From the NCBI RefSeq assembly GCF_009914755.1, contig NC_060942.1: DNA of 64,000 nucleotides; one strand, 5' to 3'. The translations under genes were made by a program, and so were the position numbers. This document shows, piece after piece, positions 41,789 to 56,246 of this stretch. The DNA comes from the human T2T-CHM13v2.0 reference genome, Homo sapiens. The notes under the pieces are model-generated. The model ran no database searches. It saw nothing but the letters and a program-made list of their open reading frames with translations, and was not told the origin of the DNA. Positions within the stretch are counted from its first letter, which is position 1. Each line of letters begins with the position of its first letter.

Positions 41789-42080
41789 TTTTTTTTAGGA
41801 GACAGGGTCTTGCTGTGTTGCCCAGACTGAAGAGCAGTGACATAATTATAGCTCACTGCAGCCTCTACCTCTTAGGCTCAAGCAATCCTGCCGCCTCAGC
41901 CTCCTGAGTACAGAGATTACAGTCATACACTACTGCACCCAGCTAACTTTTTCGTATTTTTTTTGCAAAGATGGTGATCTTGCTATGTTGCTGGTCTCGA
42001 ATTCCTGACCTCAAACAGTCCTCCCACCTCAATCTCCCACAAAGTGCTGGGATTACAGGCATGAGACACCATGCCCAGCC
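41789..42080 (-). mobile_element. Alu SINE (AluJ)
   Basis: Alu consensus; TSD TCTTTCCCCA(T/C)AATT. Confidence 0.92.
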
Positions 42081-45000
42081 TCTTTCCCCACAATTAAATG
42101 TACAATGTATGACCAAACCGGTATAGCACAGAGAAAGGAAGGTGAACTTTGAATATCAGATCCAAACCTGACTTCTAACACTTTTAGTTGCATGGCCTTG
42201 GGCAAGTTAATAAACATCTGCAAAATGGAAGCAAGGATTCCTACACCTGCCACCTAGAGTTTTGGGGAGAGTCAGATGAGATAATGTCACTTTTTACAGT
42301 CTCTGAAGTATACCAAGCAGCAATCCAATGCCTTAAAGGTGATGCTGACTCATGGTTCCATCCGGGATTCTTCCCAATTTTCCTGCCAGTTGTTTGGATT
42401 TCTCTCAGGTCCCCTTTTTATAGGGCTGGTTTGAGCTGAAATGGAAGAGTGGGCTGAGGTGGAAGATAAGCTGAGAAGAGAGTTTGGGGTCAGACTGTGA
42501 AAAGAGATGGGAAGCAGGCCCCCCCGTCTAGCGTTTGTTCCAGAGTGGCTCCCCAGGGCAATGGTTCCTGCTCCAGCACCCCTCCTCCTCCTCTGCCTCT
42601 CTGCATCAGCCAGTTAATGTCTAACCCTGTGGTGCCTCCTTCTCCAGGGAAGAGATAAGGAGTAGGCCTCCCCGGACAGGCCCAGGCTGCATTCCTCAGT
42701 GCCCTGGGCTCTCAAGGGCACACCTCTGTGATCAGGTGCTTATCTCCAGGTGTTCGCCTAAAGGGAGGTCATGAAAAATCAACACCAATCAGGGCAGTTT
42801 CCTTGGAAGCTGAAATTATCTCACAGGCATCTCAGAGCAGGTGCCAGGCTATTTTGGGACAGCAATCACTGTGTGCAGAGGGGGAGCATCGCCTCTCCTC
42901 TCAAACCAGGCAGCAGCCTGGAGAGCACAAATTATGGCAAGCTGCTTCCAGCCCATTATGTCTGTGCTGCCACCAAATGGGGCAGGGTGTCCTGGCATGG
43001 CACGGGTCTGCTGCCCAGCCACCGGCAAGGGCTTCTGTCCAACTGATGAAATGATAGGGGCTCAGCTTTCTGGACAGAAACAGAGCTTCCCTCACCTATA
43101 TGGTAAAGTTCACATTTCTTAGCTTGGAATTCAAGTCTCCCTGATTTCCAAACTCACTGCAATCTCCACTCAAAATCTTTGCCTGGATTCTTCTCAAGTT
43201 CATTTCCAGCCCAGGCCCTGCACTCCTGTCAGGAGATGTCTTCATTTTAGCCCAGACGAGCTGTACTCAGCTCCGGACTTCTGCCCAACCTACCCTCACC
43301 TCCTCCCTTCCCAGTAAAAGCTCCTCTGATTGGTTTTTTATTTCTCCAGATTCACTGTCTTCATCAACATATACTTCCTTCCCTGATGGCTGCCCCAGCC
43401 CCACAAAGATGTTTCCCTTTTCTGCCCAGGCATTGTTGGAACCACAGAAGCCAGTCGTGCATCCCTATGGACGCTTCAGTGGGCAATGATGATTTTCTGG
43501 GCCTACGACACATCCCTCCTCAAAGAAAAACAGAAAGAGACTCAAGGGTCTTCTATTTCTTTGTGTCCCCATAGTATCTAAGAGTAAAGTCTGGGCACTG
43601 AATAACTACTCATTTAATTTCTACCTCTCCTACCTCCTAAATCTTCTGCAGAGCTCAGGATCTCCCCTGACTTGTCAAAATCTCAAGCCACTCAGATCCT
43701 CAATGCCAGTTATAAGCAACATCCCATTTTCTAAAGGCTTCTGGTAAGCCAGTCCTTTCTCTCCAGACAGTCCATGTCTAAGGATGGGACATGTCTTGTG
43801 TGTACTTCCCCAGACAACATAGAAAGAAGATGCCCATTGTGTGTTTCATTTGCCTAAAGGCTCTCTAGCTGGTGATCTGATTTCCAAGAAGGGAAATAAC
43901 TTGCACTGTAAACTGATTTATTAAAATAGGCGCTCATGATCCTTATCTTTTAGAAGCCAACAATTTTAAAAATATGCTACAGAGAGAAAGGGCAATTGAA
44001 ATGACAAGAACTAACAGCTCAGTATTTTGAAAACATCAGGGCTCTGAAGAAGAAGGGGAGATTTTGTAGTGTTGTACATTGAAAGTTTATCTGAAACATT
44101 CCCCCATCTCTCTTTTCCTCTCTCTTTGTCCCTCTGTGCCACCCCTAATGTATTCACTTTTTTCTCTACTCACTCCCTCGCTTCCAATATTTAAGTCTTT
44201 AAAAACATTGAAATAAAATGCAATGGACAGGACCCGTATCCGTCAGTTCTTGTTCTCTTCCCCTGAAACTGGGTAGCACATCTTGTCGTTCCTGTCAGAC
44301 CACCCAGCTAGAAGTCCCCTCTCCTCTCTCTGAGACCTGATAGCATTTTGTGTCCCTCTGATACAGCACAGATGAAGTCACCCTGGATTGTAGTCATCAT
44401 GTGTGTGATTTTTATCCCTTATTTGCGTAATAAACCCTTAATAGAAGAGACTGGGTTTCATTCATCCCCCAGTAGCCACAGGACAGAATGCAGTGTTTTT
44501 TGTTATAAGGGGGTGGCCTTCTGCTAAAGGAATGAGTGAGCTGTCATTTGAAACCATGATTCTCTCCAGGGCTTGGCAGCCCATGGACACATTGACATTA
44601 ATCACCACATTTTGGTCCTACCCAGCTCCCACCTACACAACCAGACAGTCTCACACATTGACTTGATTAGAATTAAGAATCAAGGAAAAGGGCACCTCTA
44701 CAATTTTATTGAATGGAATCCCAGACAGAACCCTAATATCAAAAACAGATGGGACAGTTTAAAACTTCTGGGCTTGGCAGAAACCACTTTGTTGTATGCA
44801 GAGTCCCTGAAGCAACCCCAAGTGGCCCCAGAACTCTGTGCCTGCACCCAAGGGACACTGTGGGGGCATAAGAGCTAGGCTGACTCAAGCACAGTCCTGG
44901 CAGCCCTCTCCCTCTCGGCCAGGGCTGCTCGGCTTCTCGGCTTCTCCCTGTTTTACAGTCTGAGATTTCAGGTAAGATTTTGCTTGAAGAAAGTCTTGCA

Positions 45001-45157
45001 GTAATTTTTTTTTTAAAATCTTGAAAACCACTGGGTTAAAACAAAGTTTCCTGATAATTGCTGCATGGAAAAAAATGACACGGCTCAGGCCCATCTTTTC
45101 CCCGGGAGCACCACTTGACCACTTTTCCAAGAACCGCTTTAGACTATGAATCACTGG

Positions 45158-45520
45158 TGATATGGTTGGGCTCTGTGTTCCCACCCAAATCTCATATCGA
45201 ATTATAATCCCCATGTGTCAAGGGAGGGACCTGGTGGGAGGTGATTGGATTATGGGGGCAATTGCCCCTATGCTGTTCCCATGGTAGTGAGTGAGTTCTC
45301 ACAAGATATCATGGTTTAAAAGTGTAGCACTTCTTCACTCACTTGCTCTCCTGCCAGCTTATGAAGAAGGTACTTGTTTCTCCTTCCCCTTCCACCACGA
45401 TTGTAAGTTTCCTGAGGCCTCCCCAGCCATGCAGAACTGTGAGTCAATTAAGCCTGTTTTCTTTATAAATTATGCAGTCTCAGGTAGTTCTTTACAGGAG
45501 TGTGAAAACAAACTAACACA
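45158..45520 (+). mobile_element. THE1 (THE1D-like) MaLR solo LTR
   Basis: 'tgatatggttgggctctgtgttcccacccaaatctcat' ... 'aaactaacaca'; perfect 5-bp TSD ACTGG (45153-45157, 45521-45525). Confidence 0.92.
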
Positions 45521-47713
45521 ACTGGGGAGTAGAATTTGAGCTGGGAAATGTGGCTGCCAGTTGATCTCCTCCACTGACAGGAACCCTCTGGTGCCCCCAC
45601 CCCACTTCCAAACTTTTCCATAAATGTTCTTCATTCCTAGGAGTGAATAACTCAATGTGAGAGTCAGCAGGGCTATTCGCATCCAGCCCAACTCCCCTGG
45701 TCTTAGAGATGAAGAAATCTACTAAAAATTACAGACAAAGTGACATGCCCAGAGTCACACAACTAGATGGTGGATGTAAAGACTCATTCTCTTTGGGTCT
45801 TTGCATGTTTACAAGTTTAAAATATCACACTAAGAGAAACCAGGAAAATCAGAGGATTTAGGGCATTAGCTGCTACCAGGTAGGGCCACCCACGTTCTGT
45901 CCAAAGCAGGAAGCATAGGTTTTTCTAGATATCCAGAAGCAGCTGGTATAGCATCACTCACACTGCATAGCTGCTGCTGCAGAAACTTTTATCCTGATAA
46001 ACATTTGATAGTTTCAGCCACAGGTAAGTGGCCTTGGACTCCAAGACAAATATTTAGTTCTCATCTTTCCCAATTTACCTGTCTCTGGTGTGTGCTGGAT
46101 GGAGCTGCTCCCCCATGCTAGGGACAGATCTGCCATGAGACTGGAGCTCACTGGGGGGTACCAGCTTGACAACCTCCAGCATAACGAAATCCACCAGGGC
46201 CTGGCACTTTTCTGCCTGCTCATATCCATTCCTGTCTGCCCCTGCCTGCCCTTCCCTGTGCAACGACCCCCCCAACCCTCGGCCAAATCAAGAGCGTTGT
46301 ATTTCCCAAACCCCATTTCACAGCGATATTGTTTTATACAGCCCCTCCAAAATACCTTGAATAGTCCCTTTTTATCGCTTCCATTTTCTGAAAACTCCAG
46401 CTGCTCCTCTGAAACCATCCAAATCTAATTAACCACAGAAGCTGGAGTTAGGGAGAGTGGCTCACTTTCGGGTCCTTAGCATACCCATTCAGGCCTTCTT
46501 TCAATATGGGCACAAAACCAGGAATTTCTAATAATTGTATCTATGGGCCTGGAAGGGGGAAAAATAAAGAAAAAGAAAGAAAGAAAGCTGCTAATAAGTA
46601 GGTCTGTGAAAGGAGGGAGATCAGCACCTCGCATGAACTTGGCAGCCTGGCCCCGAGAAACTTGGAGACAATGCCACTGGGGGATCTAAAAAGCTTAGCC
46701 TCCTGACTCAAATCTTGTGAGAATGTACCCAGGCTGTGAATAGAGATCGGAGTCTCAGCCCTAAATTGTCCCAGCTCAGACTCATTGAAATGTCTTCTCA
46801 CAGAATTAAAAAAGAAGAGGGCAGGAAAGTTTGCTGAATATCAATGAGGCCGTGCTTAGAAGTGGAAGATGGAGAAACTCAGAGGTTTATTCCTGAATGA
46901 CATGGATTAAGACAAAAGTAACACATTGGGTCTTTGCCAGGTGGTGATGATGGGGAGGGGCTGTGCTCCTCGGGCAGCTGTGGAGGATGGAAGCTACCTG
47001 GGCATAAGCCACTTCCTGGGGTGTCACGCTGGGGATGGGGGAAAGTCACCTCCTCAGGCCTCACTTCTCCTTTAACAGATGAGAGGTGAGGCTCGGAGGA
47101 GGAATGGGCTGCAGCAGGTACCCCTTGACCTGGGCCTCCTGCCTCCCCAGAATGGCCTCCTTCAGCATTACAATGCAGTCTCCTCAATTGCTTTGCCAAA
47201 AGAGGCCATGTGTACCTAATAACTGTACCCATCCTTCCAGTTTCAAATGCCAGTGCCTCCTTAAAGCTTTCCCGTCTCACCTGAGCCCCCTCCCATCCCT
47301 CAACTCTTCCCTGTGCTCTGTAGCTGTCTGAGTCACTCCCTCAACTCGTCAGCCCTTGCCTCCTACCACACTTTTTGGACATTTTATTCCCTGCTCTAGA
47401 TGGCTGCTTGCAGGGGGTCATAGATTACATCATATACTTCTGGTATTCCCTGTCATTTGCTATGCTTAGAAGGCAATTAATAAGCATTATTTGAATAGAA
47501 AAATGACTAGCCCAAGCTAAGACTGAAATTCAATGTCTTCTGACTCTTAAAATATCTCAAAATGTCACTATACTAGGTGTGAAGACTCTTTCTGATGGTT
47601 GGTTGGTTTACTTCTCTTGATCACTGTGAGAGTAGAAGAGAAAAGGAGTTGTTCCTCTGTAGTATGTACTATGTTGAAGTTAGACAAATTATAAGAATTA
47701 ACTTATACATGAA

Positions 47714-47777
47714 CATATATACACCTATGTATACATATGTGCATGTATATGTGTGTATACACAAAAATGTATATATG
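47714..47777. repeat. Alternating purine-pyrimidine (TA/TG/CA) low-complexity tract
   Basis: Directly visible. Confidence 0.8.
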
Positions 47778-50700
47778 AAATAGGAGTGGATGTGGCTGAA
47801 CAGAGCAATTGCAGCAAGAGAGAAAACAGTTTTCTTCTGAAAGATGTCCATGATATGTCATTATAAAGAAAAACAACTACAGGTTTTTACAAGCAGCAGG
47901 GATTGGGGAATGCACGTTTTAGAATAGTGCTTGGCACCTAGCAAGCATGATATGTTTTACTCATTTTTATTATCAATATTGTCTCGAGTTTTTTCTCCAG
48001 AAGTAAGAATGGGTTCTCTTTTACAAGCAGGAACTCACTCACAGGAACTTGCCAGCAAACTTTTATTAAAAAGAAGTAACTCAAGCACCATTCTCTGGTC
48101 ACCTCTTGTGACAGTGATCTGAAGCCCAGTTCTAGCTCCAGATATAAAGAGTAACAGAACTGGAACAGAGTGAATCGCAGATTTTGGGGGGTCATAGAAT
48201 TCTCTTCAGATGAGATCACAGGCAGGTAAATAAGTCGAGGAATCCTCTCTGATTGAAAGAGAATAGGGGAATAGGGGTCTTCTCCCTTCTTCCCACCTCC
48301 ATCTCCCCTCACCACTCCAGCAGCCCCATGTGGACTTCTAAGACCCCGAGCTCAGAGGAGTACTACACCAAAACCTCTGCTTCTCCAGTGTCCCAGCTTT
48401 ACAGAGCTAGAGTTAGAAATTCTGGGTATAGGTCCCAATTCTGCCTTTTTCTAGCTCTGTGACCTTGTGAGATCATTCCTCCATAGTAATCTTTGTAATC
48501 TTGCCTAGGCAATGGTCATTATAGGAACTTCTTACTATATGTACCCTCTAGGGTTGCTGCAGAATCCAATAAGATCATGTGTGTTAAGTGTCTTGTTAGA
48601 CAATTAATTCATTCACTCAATAATTTATTGAGCACTTACTTTGTGCTAGGCACGAACTTCATGGAGAGGAACAAAACAGGCATGTGTGCCTGCTCCTGTG
48701 GAGCTTGCAGGATGCCAAACACAAAGAAAATTCATAACCCATTCAGACTCTGTGACTTCTTGGTCTTGGTTGTCTTCCTTGCTAGAGAAGAAACTGAGGA
48801 TTAGAGAGATTTCGTATCATGCCCAGCATCGCAGAGGTTCCAGATCACCTATACCTCCCTGCTCGGTGCTCTTCCCCTATGTCACTTGGGCAACACTTTT
48901 GGTGAAGAGGTCTGTCTTTTGATGGTTATGATCACAGACTTTAGAGCCAAGAGGCCTGCGTTCAAATCACAGTGCTACCACCTGGCTTAGAGCAAGCACT
49001 GTCTGTGTTAGCTATTGTTATTGTTACTATTAATAGTATTGTTACTAGTGATTGTTTTTCCAGCACTGTGAATGAGCTGGTCTCTTATACACTTAGCACA
49101 CATAAATTGTCCAATTAGCCAGTTTAGGGTTGCAGCTGGGGCTAGATTATCCCATAAACAGACTAAGCACGTACACCCAAGCAAAGCAAAAGGACCAAAA
49201 AAAAAAAAAAAATCAACTTCAATAAACTTAGTTTTGTAATCAAAAAATTCCTCCAGCATGAGTAGAGTGAACACCACTACAGTTTTTAGTTTTTCTTTTC
49301 CAAAGGACCTACCATGAAGCAGAGTGTGCCCTGGAGCAGAAAACGCAACACAGCTGCCTCCCTGGTCAGGTGCTTGACCCAAGCACCTTGACTTCCTCAG
49401 CGGAATCCTCTAAGCTCCCTGCATTGGCTAGCCACAGCTGTCACCACGATCACACCATCCTTCCTGGGCTCAATCCCCAACTTCACCCAGGGGCTTCCTT
49501 GGCCTCCTTCCACAACTGCTCTCCTCTCCTCAAGAAAGGTTTGAGATAAACAGAGACTCTGAGCTCTGTCCAGCCAGGTGCTACCAGGTGGGGAAGGCAT
49601 GTGACAATCAGAGAGACAAAGGCACCAGTGTTCTCATGCTGGGGACCCCCGTGTGGCCACTCCTACCTACAAAAAGACAGTGTGCAATGTGGAAGATGGA
49701 TCCCCAGCATACTGTGAATTAGAGAGCTGTTTATCACTTCTACCTCCCTTTTCAACATCTTTTCTCTTACTATAGTGCCTTCTCCTCTCCTATCACCCAG
49801 AAGCTGCTGGCTAGCTGCTTTCAGACTACCCAGAAAAACCAGCTACAGCCTTCTGCCTAGGACATACCTCTGCCCCACCAGGACCCATGCGTGAATCCCT
49901 CTCTCCCACTTCCTTACCTCCATGCTTACCTGGAGTATGTCTCTCACAATTGAGGGAACTGGCTCAGCTGGTATCTGGTGGAATACTTATTGATACAAAA
50001 GCATTCAGGCTGCTGATGGACTGGATGTGCTTCATCAGAGCAGTCTACCCCCTTCAGAATGGAACAGAGTGTATGCGTAAAGGTAGGATATCAGGCCAAG
50101 TAACGGACCTGTGAGAGAGTAGTTTAAGGGCAGGGCTGGGACTTACTGGTATCCTTTCAATCACACAGCATGCAGAGGCCTTACACACAGAGACAGAAGT
50201 AAAATCTGTCAGAATCACAGCTCCATTTAGCTGTGGGGCAGGCAACCAGTTATACAGCAGCATGTAAATGAAGAAAGGTGTTTCTTTGATCTGGAATTGT
50301 CAGTTTGGTTTTATATTTTGGATCTGTAGCTTTTGTATTTTCAGTTTGGAGTAAGAGAAATGTTAGAACTATGAGAGAAACTTTGAAGTCCACCTTTTCA
50401 TTTTACAATTATGAAAACAGCAAGCCAGAAAGGGAAAAAGACTTGACCAAAGTCCCAAGCAAGGTGGTACCTTATGGATTTGGAGGATGCTACCGAGATT
50501 TCATATATTTATGATGAAACTGGGTTTCCTATAGGTTATGGAAGAATGAGCGTCCTTGCCTCCTTATATCTTTCTCCTGGGTTTTTAGGTTCTCAGAAAC
50601 CAGCTGACTCTGTCATGTACAAGAACAAGGAAAAGAAAAGAAAAAAATTATTCAGTGCATGTAAAGAATCTCATCTTCCCATTTTAAATGGCACATTGAC

Positions 50701-50804
50701 CAAATCAGTGAGCAAGCAGACTGGAACATCATGTCAACCTGTGGACTCAACATTTTAATGGCCTCATGACCTAGCAAAGGTCACTTTCTCCCAGAAGTCC
50801 AGAA

Positions 50805-50945
50805 GTGTGCCAGGGCTGGCTCATACCAAGCCAGTTGTGAACATCATTCCCCAACTCCAATTTCAGTAACCTCACATTGGTAGCTTAATATTGGCCATGA
50901 TTCAAGTATTTACACCATGGAAACCAGCAAGTGCTACAAATCAAA
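50805..50945. mobile_element. Arthur1-like hAT-Tip100 fragment
   Basis: 'cacattggtagctt...ggccatg...agtatttacaccatggaaa...tgctacaaatca'. Confidence 0.6.
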
Positions 50946-53900
50946 TTTTTGTTGTTGTTGTTGTTGTTGAGCTGGTGTGTAAGTTTTCTTCCTTCCCAGG
51001 GCTCTGTTTACTCTGCTATAAGAGGCTATCTTGGCTCAACTTACTTCTGGCTCTTGAGTTCAGGAATTGTAATCAGAATAAAGTGGCAGCTCTTTATCTA
51101 GAGAAAGAGGCACTGAAGGCTTAATGTTCTTTTTGATTAATCAAAGGCAAATCTTGAGCTCACTGGTTGACACCTTGGATTGAAAACAGGAACATCTGGG
51201 TGGCTGTGATCCTTCATGTCTCTTTGCTGCTCTGTGCACAGTGGGAATTCCTACTGTGGGGATCCAGGAGGACAGAAGATAACAGACGCATCCTCCAAGC
51301 AGATTTAATGTGGGAGAGATGGAGAGACACACTCTGATGTTTTCCCTTTACCTAAGTAAAGGGCACCTGAAACTTTCTGCAGGTCTCCTGAGCAGTGCTT
51401 ATGAGCCAGGCCTCTCAAGAGAGTGACATGCCCACACTTACAGTTAATTTCCTTTGAATGTATAATTTGCCTTGTTGCTGTTGAGTTTCATGATATTAGA
51501 ATATATAGAAAAAGCATGAGTTGAGGGTGAGAGTGTAGGAGGGAAAACAGAATACTTAAGATAACATCCATAGCCTTGCACACCAAGAACTCAGAAACTC
51601 TGGTCCCTTAGATCCATTCGTAGCTTTTCCCTGGGCATAAGCCACCAGGAGTCAGAGACTGAGATGTGGCTGGAGTAGACAATCGCTTCCATGGCAAGAT
51701 TTAAGGAAGAACCCACACTTCCTGCCACATTGGGCTTATGACTTTATAATGTCGTTTCCCTTGTTAAGCATTTGGGAAGTCAGATTTATCATCTCTGTTT
51801 AACAATCCATGAAACTTCGCAAATGTCAAAGCTAGAAAGGTTTGGGGACTCCAGTGTTGAGGTCAGAGAGGAAAGGCCATGCAGGCAAGGGAGAAATACA
51901 AAAAGCAAGTGGAGACGAAAGGGCTCAAGACAAATCACAACCTGCTCTGAATTTCGTTTTGGATTGGCTTAACTGTTTGCTTCTCTCCTACCAGTGAGAA
52001 ATTGGTCCTGTTGGACACTGAAGTGTTCCGAGTAAAGTTAATAGCCAATAAAGACCAAAAATCTTAGTAATCCAATTAAATTGGAATTTTCAAAATTTTT
52101 CAGCCATTCAGCCGTAGAAGCACAGGCCTTAAAAAGCATGAATTCTCATCATCTTCAGCCAAGAAGAAGCTCAGCAACAACTCAGGCTGCTAGGATGTTG
52201 TAATGGGGATACCTAAATTGAATGAGTGTTTTCAACCAGTCCACCTAGAAAAGGCTGATTCTCCATGAAGTGAAAGTGATTATTCTGCATGGGTCTCAGT
52301 CAACATGGGAAAAGCAAATAAACACTAACACTGCTCATCTTTCCCTTTATGCACCACTCACTAACCCTGATCCTCACCATATAAAAGGAAATTCCGCTTG
52401 ATTCCCTAGAGCAGAAAGATGAGGGCAGTTTAGTCTCCGATGAAGGAAATTCCACATCCATCTTTCTTTTCCCATATCTTTCTACCTATGCACTTCTCTT
52501 TAGGGTTAAACAATAAGGGTGTTTGTTCTCTTCTGCTTTTCTTAGGAAAGTTATTTTTCCAACTAATTCACATGTTTGACTTAATTTGATGCCCACCCCA
52601 GGTACATCTGCATTTTAAAAGAGGTTATTAGGAAAATGTAGGGCTTAATCCAAGGAAATATCATATATTTAGTAGTGAAATCCCAGGGACCAAAGATGGG
52701 TATATTATATATGGTTGGGTTGACTGAAGAATCGTGTTCCAACGAGGATAAACTAAGATTCATTTGATATATGTATATGTTTTATGCTAGCATCATTATT
52801 CTATAGTGCTTTCATTTAATTTCTTTTAATAGTAAAAGCAAAGCTGTGAGAAAGGTGTATTTGCTCATGTGTGTGTATATTTACACAAATACATATTTTA
52901 CGTATGAACTTGCTCAAGGTTATATTTTTATTAGTGAACATCTACAGTGTACCAGGCACAGTGCTAAGCTCTGAGAATACAACGAGAAGCCAAGCAAACA
53001 TGAGGACTCTTTGGTGAGATTACAGTCAAATACACCCTCTAAATTGTCCAGCAGAATCAAATCCTCATAACAAGTCCAGAACTCTTTCTACTGTGTTATA
53101 GCTGTTTCCCAGGGAAGTTATAGGAAATGTGTATTGGTAGATATTTTTCCCTCCAAAGGCATCCCTAGACCAAACTGGATCCTTTATGAAACTCTATGGA
53201 CTGAGAGCCAGAGCTGTTGAGGCTCTAGGCAAAGCCATCTTCTCTAACCAACACTGAGGAGTCAGGTTGATTTTGGTATTTCTCTACCTTTCCTTTCCCT
53301 GTTCCTGCCAAATATTCTTTCCCCATATCAGAGGCAACCCTACTAGAAAACACAAAAGAAACAGAAACAGGATTACTCCCCTTCCTGGAAAAGGAGTATA
53401 AAGGCTGAACACATGGGAGAACCCAGGGTGACGAATGTCTAGCCCCCACTTCAACCACCCCTCAGAGTTTTTTCTTCCCCCAAGAGACCCCAGAAGGAGA
53501 ATCAGCCACAAGGGAAGATTCAGGCAGGCCTCCGGAATGAGGGCTGGTGAAGAAGTAAATCCAGGCAACTCTATCATCTGCTCCGTGGGAGACCAGGCTG
53601 GTGAGCTCAGAGGCCTGTTTTTCCCTTAACAGATGCAAGAAAAGAGCCGGAAAAGGTCAGAGATAAATGCAGCCCTCACTTTGTTCTGCATATTCAAAAG
53701 AACTTCTCTAAAGAAAGACCCAAAATATATGTGTGTTCACTCAACCTTTTCCTGTCAGGCACAGGGTTCCAGATACGGACATGACAGGGTAACCACTGAG
53801 AAAATTTTTGCAGGTTTGCAAAATAGCAGTGCTTAGGAGCAGGGCGCCCAGAAAGAGTGCACTTCACGCGGGACCCATCAGTCTGGTGGGAGAAAGAGAA

Positions 53901-54624
53901 GCTTGGAAACAACATATTATCTTGAGAAATCACTCCCAGAAGGGAGCAAAAAGTTCACAGGGAGAATGCCAGGGAGTGGGAGAGAGAGAGCGACTGGAAC
54001 ACTGTCATCAGAGCGGCTGGAATTGGAAACGGTCCAAGACCTCATCATGGCTGACATCCCCGCGCATAATCAGAAATTCCTTTCAATTATGTGGGAAAAG
54101 TCTCTTTGCATTGTCAGCCCAGATGCCCCTGTGAAGAAATAGCATGAAATGAGTCTCAGGGAAATGTCAGCGTGGGAGCAAGATCCGATTGCCAATAGCT
54201 TGGTTAGGAGAAGACAGGCCAGAGAGGCGGGCTGATGGAATAATCTGTTGTACCCCAAGGCAAAACAAAGCAACACCCCCAAAGGTGAAGGAGCTGTGTA
54301 CCCTGGCTTGGTGGTACAGATACCCATTTTCTCAGCATGAGTCAAAAATGTTTGATCTTGTAGCCCTGAGACATCGCTCTACCTCAGTTTCCACTAAAAG
54401 GACCCAACCAGCCTTTTGAGCCATAATTCCCACGATCTCCTTCTGTTCACCAAACTGGACTATCTCCTGTTCTCCAAACCTTGTTAAACCTCAAAGACCT
54501 TTTCAAATTCCACTTTCCCCACGCAGTGTTGAAAAGTGAATAGGCCCTGTCCTGTAACTCTTTTCACCCACATAATATCTAGCCCCATACTATATTAATT
54601 TCCATTAATAACAATAATAATAAA

Positions 54625-54860
54625 AATAGCTGATATGTATTGAACCCTAACACCATACTAAACTAATTTAATCCTTATACAATCTATTGCATAAATAAAC
54701 AATGATATCATTCAATCCTTTTGCAGAGGAATAAACTGAGACTTAGCTAGTTAAGTCTAAGTTTACACATGTATCTAAGACTACATATAAAGGCAGAGCC
54801 TGTATACAAACGTTGGTCTTTCTGACCCTAGAGCCTATTCTCTAAAACCTTGTGCTTTTC
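54625..54860 (-). mobile_element. MIR SINE
   Basis: 'aatagctgatatgtattga...ttttgcagaggaataaactgagactt...ggtctttctgaccctagagcc'. Confidence 0.7.
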
Positions 54861-55156
54861 TATCCCCCTCAATGTTTGCTTACTAACTCTCTCCTGAGGA
54901 GGAATTGATAAATGCCCATTGTGCAAATCTAGCCCAGAGAAGAAGCTCAAAAGCCAGTTGTAAATGTTTGTTGGCTTCATATCTGATTATTTTCTTTACT
55001 CAGTGTCTGTTTTCCAAATACTAAACTTTCTACTACTTGCTTTACAAGTAAATTCATTGACGAGTATGTGTACCAGGATAAGGTTTTTAAAAGGATATAG
55101 AAAAGGGTTATCTGATGCAGAGTTAAGTGTTCTTGAAAATAATTGGGATAGTATTA

Positions 55157-55561
<405 letters not shown>

Positions 55562-55777
55562 CTACACTATAATCATAGGGTCGTAGAATACTGGATTGAG
55601 CTGGAGATGATCTGGAAACATCTAACATAGCTTCTTAGATGGGAAATCTAAGGTCAGACTGAGGATGGCCCTTGTTCTTGTCATTCAGGGAGTTACTGCC
55701 AGAGCTGGCATTGTTTAAAATGTGAACACCTGAAAAGACTAACCCACAGAGGAGACACAGAGTCGCTGGTAGAGGCG

Positions 55778-55933
55778 AAGTCTTCTCAAACTTTCGTGTG
55801 CATACAAATCAACTGGGGTAATGTCAACATGCAAGTTCCGATGCAGGGTAGGGCCTGAGATTCTGCATTCCCAACAAGCTCCCAGGGGATACTTGTGCCA
55901 ATAATCCATGGACTGCACCTAAGGTAGCCAGGA
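55778..55933. mobile_element. MER5A-like relic
   Basis: 'ttctcaaacttt...gggcctgagattctgcatt...aacaagctcccagg'. Confidence 0.75.
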
Positions 55934-55941
55934 TCTAAACC

Positions 55942-56246
55942 ATCACTATCTAATAGGAATATAATGCAAGCCATGGATGGAATTTTAAATTTTCTAGTAT
56001 CCACGTTTTTTAAAGTTTAAAAAAGATTATTTCAAGAATATCGTGTATTAAATCTAATATGTATATAATGTTATTTCAACATATAATCAAGATAAAATAT
56101 AGTTAGATATTTTACATTCTTTTTTCATGTTAAGTCCTTTGACATCCAGTATGCAGTTTTAAATTTTCAGCACAATTTGGACCAGTCACATTTCGAATGC
56201 TCAATAGCCACACCTGGCTAGTGGTGACCAGATTGGCCAGAACAGC
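55942..56246. mobile_element. MER33-like hAT-Charlie relic
   Basis: 'ctaataggaatataatgcaagcca...cacatttcgaatgctcaatagccaca...ggctagtgg'. Confidence 0.75.

Noticed and set aside
44298-44306. Perfect GLI consensus GACCACCCA
   Set aside because: A single isolated 9-mer; about one is expected by chance in a window this size.
53480-54240. Mildly CpG-enriched region with overlapping ORFs as a promoter or exon
   Set aside because: Too sparse for a CpG island and the peptides are unrecognised; at most a weak enhancer candidate.
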